Assembly (NCBI GenBank): GCA_903824675.1
Contig: CAIJXV010000093.1
Coordinates: 67,376 to 131,375 of the forward strand
Length of the DNA: 64,000 bases
Reading direction: 5' to 3'
Origin: an uncultured bacterium
Lineage (GTDB): Bacteria > Verrucomicrobiota > Kiritimatiellia > CAIKKV01 > CAIJXV01
This document shows positions 19,409 to 27,811 of the stretch, piece after piece. Below the pieces are notes generated by a model, which saw only the letters and a program-made list of their open reading frames with translations, had not been told where the DNA came from and ran no database searches. Both the position numbers and the translations under genes were made by a program. Positions within the stretch are counted from its first letter, which is position 1. Each line of letters opens with the position of its first letter.

Positions 19409-22384
19409 ATGAAAAAAATGTTGACCCGCTGGCTGGCGCTCAGCTTGTTATCCTTGATTTTGACTTCGTCAGTAAAGGCAGATGGATCCAATATGATGCC
19501 TTACGAGGAAACCTTTGAGTCTTTTTCCAATAACTATTCCATGCTCTACGATGACTCCGTGCCCGGCGTGCCGCCCCGATCCAATGGGTGGTGGCTCGGC
19601 AACAGCAATGACGTCGCCAATGTTTCCAATCTCACATTCTCGTACCTCGCGCCCGGATATCCCTACATCGCGGGCACTCAAACCAATGTTCTCTATTTTG
19701 AAACCGCCACGGGAAGCAAGGGAATATCCAATCTTTTCCCCACCATTCGGACCAACATGTATATGGAAATGATGTTGCGTCCCGGTCGAATGGATGCCGA
19801 AGAAAGCCCGCTGGTCAAGAACGTGACCAATAACTGCCATCTGGCAATGTATGTCAACACCAATGGATTTTTGACCGTTTATCACACCCGCATCACCCCC
19901 ACCGGCGAATATGTTTGGGACGACGAAGCGATGACTAACGTTTGGGTGGAAGGCGAACCGATCTTCTCCACACAATGGACCACCCTCTCCCACACACGGA
20001 TCGAATCCAATGATTGGATTCGAGTATTGATCGAGTTGTGCGTCGAATCCGCGGGATTGCCCCGATTCCAAATCCGCTTGAATAACGGGTTGCCCATGAC
20101 CGACACCAACGCGTTCTTCCTTTCTGGCGAAAGCGTTGACACAGCCCAACCGGGTGGCACTTGGTTTGTGTCTGCCCTGTATTCACTAAAAACCTTTTCC
20201 GGCATCTCCATCGGCGGCATGGGAATGATCGATGATCTCCGAATTCAACAAGGCGTGCCGCTGAACTTGTTGACCTTCACCATCACGCCGACCGTCGATG
20301 AACCCGGTTCCATTAACCCCTCTGAGAAATTTTATCTCGTTCAGGGAAGTTCCACTAATGTCGACATTGCGGCTCCCCTTTATTGGTACATTCAGGACGT
20401 CACAACAAACAGTGTATCGGTCAGCGGGTCCTTCGGTTCTGGCGTGACGAATTTCAGTCAGACCCTATCCGATATTCAAAACGACATCAGCATTCACGCT
20501 AAGATAAGAGCAGAAAACGCAGCGAGCAATACCAATACCCCCTTGTGGTGGCTGGCCAGTCATGGCTTGACGAATTTCAATGTCGACGCCACCAACGATG
20601 TCGATGCCGATGGCAGCCCGACCTGGCAGGAATACCAACTCGGAACCGACCCGACCAATGGGCTCTCGGTCCGCTACCTCATCGCCCCCAGTGTTTCAGG
20701 AATAGGGTCGATCGATCCGTCCACCAATCTCTATGTCTGGGGCTTCCGTCCCGACACACCCGTGTTTAACATCTCGGCTGATCCGGCCTATGTCATCACC
20801 GACATTCTGACCAATGGCGCGTCCATCGGGGGAACCTTCGGGATTCAATCCACGAATTATACGTGGGCCATGGTCTCCTCCTCCGGATCGATTCAAGCGG
20901 TTATCGGCGCCGGGTTCCCCCCACCCGCCAATGTGACTGCAAGCGATGGTAGCTTTACCGGTAAGGTTTATATCACTTGGGACCTGAATAGTATCGGCGC
21001 GACCAATTTCATGATCTATCGCGATACCGGAGCCAATGCCGCCCTGGCCACACAAATCGGGCAAACCAGTAATAACTTCTTCGAGGACACCACGGCCGGA
21101 GCCGGCATCGCCTATTATTACTGGATCAAAGCCTCGAATGAATTATTCATCAGCGGATTCAGCAGTGCCGATACCGGGTATCTCGGCCTGCCGGCGCCTA
21201 CCAATGTGACCGCAACCGATGGCAGCTTCACGAATAAGATTACCATTTCCTGGGCCACCCAGACGGATGCCACCGGTTATCAGGTCTGGCAGAATATTTC
21301 AAATGATGTCTCCACGGCCACCCGAATTCTGGAAACCACGGGCATCACAGTTGACAATCTCACGAATGCCGTGGCCGGCATTCAATATTGGTACTGGGTC
21401 AAGGCCACCAATGCCGTCGCCACCAGCGGGTTTAGCGTGCCGGATAGCGGCTGGCTCAACCTGATGCCCCCGGCCTGGATCACCGCCAGCGATGCCGCCT
21501 TCACGAATAAGATCGAAGTGGTCTGGCTGCCGGCCTTTAGTGCGACCGGGTATGAAGTCTGGCGCGATCTGGCCGACACAACCGGAACTGCGGCACGCGT
21601 GGGAACTTCAACGTCAACCAATTATAACGACTTGGACGTGGGTTTCGGGACCAACTACTATTACTGGGTCAAGGCCACCAACACCCTGGGAACCAGTGAC
21701 TTCAGCGCGTCGGATATCGGCACCTTGAAGTCTGCGGTCGTCTACGTGCTCCTCATTCCGTCGGTTGACGCACAGGGGACCATCGAGCCGGCAACCAGTA
21801 TCTGGGTGACTGCGGGATCAACGACCAACTTCCTGATCACCGCTTCGAATTATTATCATGTTGCCGGCGTTTCAACCGACAATGTGGCGGTCATAGGGAG
21901 CTTTGGCGGAAGTTCGTATAACTTCATCTACTCGAATGTCATGGTGACGGGGACCGGAACCGTTCATGGTCTGATCGCCGCCACGGGGACCACCAATAAC
22001 AATATCCCGTACTACTGGCTGGCGGCCAATGGCCTGACCAACGGGGGACTGACGTTCGAGCAGGCCGTGACCAATGATTATGACAGTGACGAGATGAGTT
22101 CGGGAGACGAATTCATCGCGGGGACGGATCCGACCAATCGGATGTCCTCCTTCAAGATCGTCTTCCGCGGCACTCAGAACGGATCCAATGTGGTCAAGTG
22201 GCTGGGTGGTACATCCGGTGGCGTCATGACGAATCCTTACCAGATCCTGTTCCGCACCAATCTGACCAGTGGAACGTGGGACGGCACGGGCGTGGTCGGC
22301 CGCGTCGAATTCACCAATACGTGGATGGATAAGGCGTCGACCAACTCCAGGGTCTTCTTCTACCGGATCAAAGCTACGGATTGA
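19409..22384 (+). CDS. Large secreted modular surface protein (3 InlB-B-like beta repeats, 3 fibronectin-III-like repeats, 2 TSP3-like Asp motifs, C-terminal FYRI domain)
   Basis: Signal peptide MKKMLTRWLAL...VKA. Repeats PxNVTA(S/T)DGSFTxK(I/V)xI(S/T)W, YxYW(I/V)KA(S/T)N, and PxxWLxxxGLT...DxDxDx...EYxxGTDPTN. Ends VFFYRIKATD. Confidence 0.8.
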   Translation: MKKMLTRWLALSLLSLILTSSVKADGSNMMPYEETFESFSNNYSMLYDDSVPGVPPRSNGWWLGNSNDVANVSNLTFSYLAPGYPYIAGTQTNVLYFETATGSKGISNLFPTIRTNMYMEMMLRPGRMDAEESPLVKNVTNNCHLAMYVNTNGFLTVYHTRITPTGEYVWDDEAMTNVWVEGEPIFSTQWTTLSHTRIESNDWIRVLIELCVESAGLPRFQIRLNNGLPMTDTNAFFLSGESVDTAQPGGTWFVSALYSLKTFSGISIGGMGMIDDLRIQQGVPLNLLTFTITPTVDEPGSINPSEKFYLVQGSSTNVDIAAPLYWYIQDVTTNSVSVSGSFGSGVTNFSQTLSDIQNDISIHAKIRAENAASNTNTPLWWLASHGLTNFNVDATNDVDADGSPTWQEYQLGTDPTNGLSVRYLIAPSVSGIGSIDPSTNLYVWGFRPDTPVFNISADPAYVITDILTNGASIGGTFGIQSTNYTWAMVSSSGSIQAVIGAGFPPPANVTASDGSFTGKVYITWDLNSIGATNFMIYRDTGANAALATQIGQTSNNFFEDTTAGAGIAYYYWIKASNELFISGFSSADTGYLGLPAPTNVTATDGSFTNKITISWATQTDATGYQVWQNISNDVSTATRILETTGITVDNLTNAVAGIQYWYWVKATNAVATSGFSVPDSGWLNLMPPAWITASDAAFTNKIEVVWLPAFSATGYEVWRDLADTTGTAARVGTSTSTNYNDLDVGFGTNYYYWVKATNTLGTSDFSASDIGTLKSAVVYVLLIPSVDAQGTIEPATSIWVTAGSTTNFLITASNYYHVAGVSTDNVAVIGSFGGSSYNFIYSNVMVTGTGTVHGLIAATGTTNNNIPYYWLAANGLTNGGLTFEQAVTNDYDSDEMSSGDEFIAGTDPTNRMSSFKIVFRGTQNGSNVVKWLGGTSGGVMTNPYQILFRTNLTSGTWDGTGVVGRVEFTNTWMDKASTNSRVFFYRIKATD

Positions 22385-22401
22385 TCGGTTCTTTGGGGCA
22401 T

Positions 22402-22439
22402 CAAAAACCGTGGGACCACCTCCCGCGGTTTTTGTTTTT
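22402..22439 (+). terminator. Intrinsic terminator after the surface protein gene
   Basis: CAAAAACCGTGGGA-ccacc-TCCCGCGGTTTTTG followed by TTTTT. Confidence 0.75.
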
Positions 22440-22442
22440 ACA

Positions 22443-22919
22443 ATGAAAAAAATTGATTCGTTATGCCTGTTTGTCGCCACCGGTTTTGGGACCGGCTATT
22501 CGCCGTGGGCGTCCGGCACCGTGGGAACTCTGCCCGGGGTCGCCATCGCCCTGCTCCTGTCACCCTTCGTGCTTCCGATTCAAATCCTTGTGGTACTGGC
22601 GCTGATCGCCGGGTCGGTTCCCTTTTGTGACCGCGCAGAAAAGATATTTGGCACCAAGGACGACGGGCGCATCGTGGCCGATGAAATGGTCACATTCCCA
22701 CTCTGCCTGCTCGGCTTGACCGGCGCCCCCCTTTGGATGTGGGCTCTCGCTTTCCTGAATCACCGGATTCTGGATATTCTCAAGCCACCGCCCGCTCGAC
22801 AAATCCAGGATTTAAAAGGGGGATTGGGTATTGTAGCCGACGATGTCGTCTCTTCGCTCTATTGTCTGGGTCTCAACCACCTGATGTTTTGGGCTATTAC
22901 GCACTTCATCGCTCGATAA
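22443..22919 (+). CDS. pgpA: Phosphatidylglycerophosphatase A
   Basis: ATGFGTGYSPWASGTVGT, KDDGRIVADEM, RILDILKPPP, GGLGIVADD. Confidence 0.9.
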   Translation: MKKIDSLCLFVATGFGTGYSPWASGTVGTLPGVAIALLLSPFVLPIQILVVLALIAGSVPFCDRAEKIFGTKDDGRIVADEMVTFPLCLLGLTGAPLWMWALAFLNHRILDILKPPPARQIQDLKGGLGIVADDVVSSLYCLGLNHLMFWAITHFIAR

Positions 22920-22958
22920 TCGATTGCTATTGCTAAACAGGAGAGGCAGAGTTAAACC

Positions 22959-23705
22959 ATGAATTTAGAAGCCCTTTTGGGCCAAGTTTCCGCCGGTTCT
23001 CTCACACCAGAACATGCGCTCAAATTAATCCGGGCTTCGGCGGAAACCGATATTGGTTTTGCCCATGTGGACCTTCACCGGCTCCACCGTCGTGGTTTTC
23101 CGGAAGTCATTTATTGCCCCGGAAAAACATCGGACCAGATTATTGCTATTATGAAAAGCCTCTCGGGCGCCGCTCAAAATAGTTTTGCAACCCGGGCTTC
23201 TCCGGATCAATTCACTGCCATTCATCGGGTTTTCCCTTCAGCCGTGTATCACGCAGTAGCCCGAGCCATCACGCTGGATGTCACCCCCCTCCCTCCTCCG
23301 CAAGGACAAGTTCTCGTGATGACCGCGGGAACCTCTGATATCCCTGTGGCCGAAGAAGCAGCCCTCACCGCAGAACGGCTCGGGGCTCATGTCAGCCGGC
23401 TTTTTGATGTCGGGGTCGCCGGACTGCATCGTCTTCTAACGCATCTGGATGAGCTCAAAAAAGCACGCGTTATTATCGCCGTCGCAGGGATGGAGGGCGC
23501 GCTCCCTTCCGTTGTCGGCGGCCTTGTCAATGTTCCCATTGTCGCCGTTCCCACCAGTATTGGATATGGCGCGCATCTTCAAGGTTGGACCCCCTTGCTG
23601 GCCATGCTCAATAGTTGCTCTCCCGGCATTTCAGTCGTTAACATCGACAATGGGTTTGGCGCCGGGGTGTGCGCGGCCCTCATCAATCACCCGCCCTCTT
23701 CGTAG
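22959..23705 (+). CDS. larB: Nickel-pincer cofactor biosynthesis carboxylase LarB
   Basis: DLHRLHRRGFPEVIYCPGK, AGTSDIPVAEEA, DVGVAGLHRL, AGMEGALPSVV, PTSIGYG, VNIDNGFGA. Confidence 0.93.
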   Translation: MNLEALLGQVSAGSLTPEHALKLIRASAETDIGFAHVDLHRLHRRGFPEVIYCPGKTSDQIIAIMKSLSGAAQNSFATRASPDQFTAIHRVFPSAVYHAVARAITLDVTPLPPPQGQVLVMTAGTSDIPVAEEAALTAERLGAHVSRLFDVGVAGLHRLLTHLDELKKARVIIAVAGMEGALPSVVGGLVNVPIVAVPTSIGYGAHLQGWTPLLAMLNSCSPGISVVNIDNGFGAGVCAALINHPPSS

Positions 23706-23726
23706 CCTCCCCAAAAGACATGCCTT

Positions 23727-24911
23727 ATGAATGAACGAATTCTTGTTTGGGATAGCATCGGGGGTGCCAGCGGAGACCTGTTGCTGGCGACCCTCTTGGA
23801 TCTCGGGGCCAACCCGGACGAGCTCAAAGCCGCCTTGCGGGGCATTCCGCTGCCTGATCCCTATGACATCGAGGTCACCCCCGTTGTCGATCATGGAATT
23901 AAAGGAGTGCGGGTCAACGTCGCCGTACACGCCCACGCACATACCCATCGGGGGCTGAATGACATCTTGAAACTCATCGAACAAAGCACCCTGCCACCAA
24001 CGGTCTGTGACCATATCACGCGGGTTTTTCGCCGACTGGCCGAGGCCGAAGCCGCCATCCACGCGGTTCCGGTCAACCAGGTTCATTTTCACGAAGTGGG
24101 CGCCGTGGATGCGATCATTGATATCTCGGCCGTCTGTTGGTTGCTCGATCATTTAAAAATCGATGCGCACCAGATTCGCCCTCTGCCTCTGGGACATGGC
24201 ACGATCAAATGCGCGCATGGCGTACTTCCCTCCCCAGCCCCCGCTACCTTGGAATTACTCAAGGGGGTTCCAGTCCTCTCGGTTGATGAACCCTTTGAAT
24301 TGGTGACGCCCACCGGGGCTGCGCTCCTGACGTCATTTCCCCTTCAGAAAGATCAATCCGCCCCTCTCCGGCTGGTGCGATCCGGCTATGGATTCGGACA
24401 CCGAACCCTGAACTCGCGGCCCAATTTGCTTCGAGCCTCCCTGTTCGAAATCGCCCTATCCGACTTAAGCACCCCGTCCGAATGCCTGATGCTGGAGTGC
24501 AATCTGGACAATGCCAACCCGGAATGGATCGGAGATGTGACCGGCCAATTGATGGAAGCTGGCGCATTGGATGTGTTTATCACTGCCGTTCAAATGAAAA
24601 AACAACGGCCCGGCCAGCTCTTGAGTGTCCTCTGCCGTTCCGGAGATGAAGACCGGTTGCAGTCCTTGATTTTCAGGGAAACCCCAACCTTGGGAATCCG
24701 CCGATTCCCGGTTCAGCGCACAACGCTTGAACGCCAGTTCTTACAAGTTAAAACCCGTTTCGGCACCATCGGAATCAAGTGCGGTTTTTGGCAGGGCGCC
24801 CGCATTACGGCTTCGCCGGAATATGAGGATTGCCGAATCCAAGCACGCCATCATGGCGTACCTCTTCGCCAGGTCTACGAAGCGGCATTACGGGCCATCC
24901 CGGAAGGGTGA
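23727..24911 (+). CDS. larC: Nickel-pincer cofactor nickel insertase LarC (full length)
   Basis: GGASGD, HAHAHTH, HFHEVGAVDAIIDI, HGVLPSPAPAT, LVTPTGAAL, ECNLD, MKKQRPG, PEYEDC. Confidence 0.93.
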   Translation: MNERILVWDSIGGASGDLLLATLLDLGANPDELKAALRGIPLPDPYDIEVTPVVDHGIKGVRVNVAVHAHAHTHRGLNDILKLIEQSTLPPTVCDHITRVFRRLAEAEAAIHAVPVNQVHFHEVGAVDAIIDISAVCWLLDHLKIDAHQIRPLPLGHGTIKCAHGVLPSPAPATLELLKGVPVLSVDEPFELVTPTGAALLTSFPLQKDQSAPLRLVRSGYGFGHRTLNSRPNLLRASLFEIALSDLSTPSECLMLECNLDNANPEWIGDVTGQLMEAGALDVFITAVQMKKQRPGQLLSVLCRSGDEDRLQSLIFRETPTLGIRRFPVQRTTLERQFLQVKTRFGTIGIKCGFWQGARITASPEYEDCRIQARHHGVPLRQVYEAALRAIPEG

Positions 24912-24926
24912 GACAACCCACGTCCT

Positions 24927-25787
24927 TCAGGCCAACGCCGTTCCCCGCCAGTGTAATTTTTGACGTAGAACAGAAAAATAGTCATATCCCGGCACATGCA
25001 AAAAGCGAATTCCCCGGGGAGATCGGGTCACCACCACGCGGTCACCCGGCAGCAGGGGCTCTCCCCGTTGCCCGTCGGCTAATAGCAATACTTCGTCTGA
25101 AGATTTATCCAAACGGATCACGATCTCGGACGTGTCCGGCACCACCAGCGGCCGAGTGCTGAGGGTATGGGGGCACATTAAGGCCACTAATAAGATGGCG
25201 GCTTCGGGCATGACAATCGGCCCCCCCGCCGACAAGGCATAACCGGTGCTGCCGGTTGGTGTTGCCACAATCAGCCCGTCGCCGACAAAATGGGAAACTT
25301 CCCGCCCCCCCACCGACATCCCCAACGTGATCACCCGCCCCCCGGTCGACCGGATAACAATATCATTCAAGGCCCGACAATGAATCACCTCGGGGCTCTC
25401 CCGTAAAATTGTCCCTGACAACATCGTCCGTTCCGAAACCGTTGCGGTATTTCGGGCTATAGATTCGATGGCCTTCGGCAATTCACCTTCTGTCACCGAG
25501 GTTAAAAATCCAAGACTGCCCAGGTTGACCCCTAGAATGGGCTTGTCCCGGCCATCCAACTCTCGGACGGCCTGCAGAAGGGTTCCATCGCCGCCCAGGA
25601 CGACGAGCGCCTCGATCGTCTCCCAATCCTGCGACAAGGTAGCGACCAGGGGAGGATCGGCCAAGACGGCCACTTCCGGGGTCGTCGTTACCGTCAGATC
25701 CCATTGCCGGGCCAATTCCAAAAGATGTCGCATCCCAGACCGGGCATGCGCCTTTTGTAAATTTGCAATCACCCCGATTTTTTTCAT
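24927..25787 (-). CDS. nadK: NAD kinase
   Basis: LGGDGTLL, GVNLGSLGFL, ALND, GDGLIVATPTGSTGYALSAGGP. Confidence 0.94.
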   Translation of the reverse strand: MKKIGVIANLQKAHARSGMRHLLELARQWDLTVTTTPEVAVLADPPLVATLSQDWETIEALVVLGGDGTLLQAVRELDGRDKPILGVNLGSLGFLTSVTEGELPKAIESIARNTATVSERTMLSGTILRESPEVIHCRALNDIVIRSTGGRVITLGMSVGGREVSHFVGDGLIVATPTGSTGYALSAGGPIVMPEAAILLVALMCPHTLSTRPLVVPDTSEIVIRLDKSSDEVLLLADGQRGEPLLPGDRVVVTRSPRGIRFLHVPGYDYFSVLRQKLHWRGTALA

Positions 25788-26518
25788 GGCTTGTTCCAAA
25801 CGCCTAGAAATTCCTCATTTCCCGCCGGCCCCAGAATAGGCGAAGGCGTGACGCCTTGCAAGATCAACGGCAAATGTCCCTGGACAAAATCCCGAATTTT
25901 ATTTACGGCTTCTTCCCGAAACCGAACCTCCCGCACCACTCCCCCCCGCCCGACTTTTTCCCGCCCGACTTCGAACTGGGGCTTGATCAGGGCAATCAGG
26001 CAACCGCCAGCTTTTAATAGTTCGAAAGCCGGCGGCAAAATCAGGGTCAACGAAATAAATGACACATCGATGGTCGCTATATCAACCGGCTCGCCCACCT
26101 GATCAGGAACCAGATACCGGGCATTGATTCGGTCCCGAACCACCACCCGGGGGTCATTGCGCAACTTCCAAGCCAGCTGTCCCTGGCCGACATCCACGGC
26201 ATAGACTTTTCGGGCCCCATTTTGCAGAAGACAATCAGTAAACCCGCCCGTGGACGCCCCGATATCAGCCGCGATTTTATCCCGTACGTCGCAACCAAAG
26301 GTTTGCAGTGCCTGCTCAAGCTTCCAGCCGCCCCGGCTGACATATTTTTCCGGAGCCACTAAAGCCAGAGGCACATCGACGGGATAGGTTTGTGCCGGCT
26401 TGAAAACCTTCTGATCGTTGACCAAAACATCCCCGGCCAAAATCAACCGCTGGGCTTTCTCTCGGCTTTCGCAGAGATTCCGCTCGACCAATAAAATATC
26501 CAGGCGTCGTTTTTCCAT
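25784..26518 (-). CDS. tlyA: TlyA family rRNA 2'-O-methyltransferase / hemolysin
   Basis: RLDILLVERNL (S4 domain), YVSRGGWKL, DIGASTGGFTD, DVSFISL, LIKPQFE, GPAGNEEF. Confidence 0.94.
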   Translation of the reverse strand: MEKRRLDILLVERNLCESREKAQRLILAGDVLVNDQKVFKPAQTYPVDVPLALVAPEKYVSRGGWKLEQALQTFGCDVRDKIAADIGASTGGFTDCLLQNGARKVYAVDVGQGQLAWKLRNDPRVVVRDRINARYLVPDQVGEPVDIATIDVSFISLTLILPPAFELLKAGGCLIALIKPQFEVGREKVGRGGVVREVRFREEAVNKIRDFVQGHLPLILQGVTPSPILGPAGNEEFLGVWNKP

Positions 26519-26538
26519 GAACCTGTTTCCCAGCAAAA

Positions 26539-27657
26539 TCAACGCCGAATGACCAATAAACCGGTCAAACCCGCACCTAGAAAAATCAGGTTGGGCAACC
26601 AGCCCGCCAACCAAGGTGTCAAGAGTTCCCGTTTTCCTAAAATCATGCCCAGATGAACCAGGAAAAAGAAGATGAAAAGGACAGCAATGGCTCCCAAAAC
26701 GGTAAACAGCGCCCCCTTACGACTGGTCGTCATGACGGCCGGCATTCCGATCAAGATCACAACAAAACAGGTCCAAGGCATGGCTAAACGGGCCTGCAAA
26801 TCGACATGACGCCGGATCCGGGTTGTTCGCGAAAGATTGGGGCGATTGGCAACATATCGGTACATTTCCCAAGACGAAAGCGTGTCCGTCTGGTTCAATT
26901 CCTGCAGAAAGTCTTGGGGCGTTTCCTTGTATTCAGGCTTTTCCACGGGATACGGCACCGGCTTACTGGGCCCCCCCACCGGCTCCCCTCGCAAGTCATA
27001 TTTTTGGGTTTTTAAACCGAAAAACCACCACTTTCCATCCAGCCATTCGGCTTTCTCTGCCCATAGCTCCTCTGCCAGAGACCCATCTTTCAGGTCCTGG
27101 GTAATCTTGACATCTTTGCATCGACCGGGCGTCCGACTGTCGAAAACCCGAACCAGCCAGTGTCGATGATCACCCCCGGTATGGTAAAGAAAATCCATGA
27201 ACATATTTTCTTGTGCCGGACGTTTTTTGATGTTCTCGGCCTCAAATCGCTTGACCCATAGGGTCGCTTGAGGGCCGATTGTTTCCTGGATAACAAGACA
27301 GAACAAGGCCGCACAAAACCCCACCAGTAAAAATGGAAACATTAACCGGTACAGGCTCATCCCCGTTGCCCGCAAGGCCGTCAATTCATTATGCCGCGCA
27401 AAATTAACCAAAGTATAAAGTTCACCCAACAATAGGGCCACGGGCATGACCACGACAATAAATGGCGCAAATCCGGTCACTGCGAACAAGTAATGAGCAT
27501 AAAAAAACAGGATCTGCCACAGGGGAACTTGGGCCTCAATGAATTCAGTGAATCGATCAAATATATCCAATACCAGGTAAATCAGGCTGAACGCGGCCAT
27601 GCAATACAAAAAAGGAATCAGATATTCCTTCAAAGCATACCGGGTAATAATGCGCAT
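26539..27657 (-). CDS. LptF/LptG family LPS export permease
   Basis: MRIITRYALKE, RHNELTALRATGMS, periplasmic beta-jellyroll segment, C-terminal LAGWLPNLIF. Confidence 0.9.
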   Translation of the reverse strand: MRIITRYALKEYLIPFLYCMAAFSLIYLVLDIFDRFTEFIEAQVPLWQILFFYAHYLFAVTGFAPFIVVVMPVALLLGELYTLVNFARHNELTALRATGMSLYRLMFPFLLVGFCAALFCLVIQETIGPQATLWVKRFEAENIKKRPAQENMFMDFLYHTGGDHRHWLVRVFDSRTPGRCKDVKITQDLKDGSLAEELWAEKAEWLDGKWWFFGLKTQKYDLRGEPVGGPSKPVPYPVEKPEYKETPQDFLQELNQTDTLSSWEMYRYVANRPNLSRTTRIRRHVDLQARLAMPWTCFVVILIGMPAVMTTSRKGALFTVLGAIAVLFIFFFLVHLGMILGKRELLTPWLAGWLPNLIFLGAGLTGLLVIRR

Positions 27658-27696
27658 GGAACAGAGACCCTCGCAAAAATGAATACATCCACACCT

Positions 27697-27724
27697 ACTA
27701 TACCCATCGGCGGGAATAGGGCAA
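27697..27724 (-). promoter_or_regulatory. Possible sigma70 promoter for lptF/G-tlyA-nadK
   Basis: TTGCCC-N16-TATAGT immediately downstream of the terminator. Confidence 0.4.
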
Positions 27725-27728
27725 TCCG

Positions 27729-27767
27729 AAAAAGAAAACACCGGCGACCGATAGGGCCGCCGGTGTT
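27729..27767 (-). terminator. Intrinsic terminator ending the accessory-symporter-porin operon
   Basis: Minus strand AACACCGGCGGCC...GGTCGCCGGTGTT stem followed by TTCTTTTT. Confidence 0.75.
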
Positions 27768-27811
27768 CCCAGCGAGGATCGATTTATACGCGTCCCCGGG
27801 CCGAAGAGGAC

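Noticed and set aside
23727-24911. Programmed frameshift or split larC as in Lactobacillus
   Set aside because: The ORF is continuous and contains both LarC domains.
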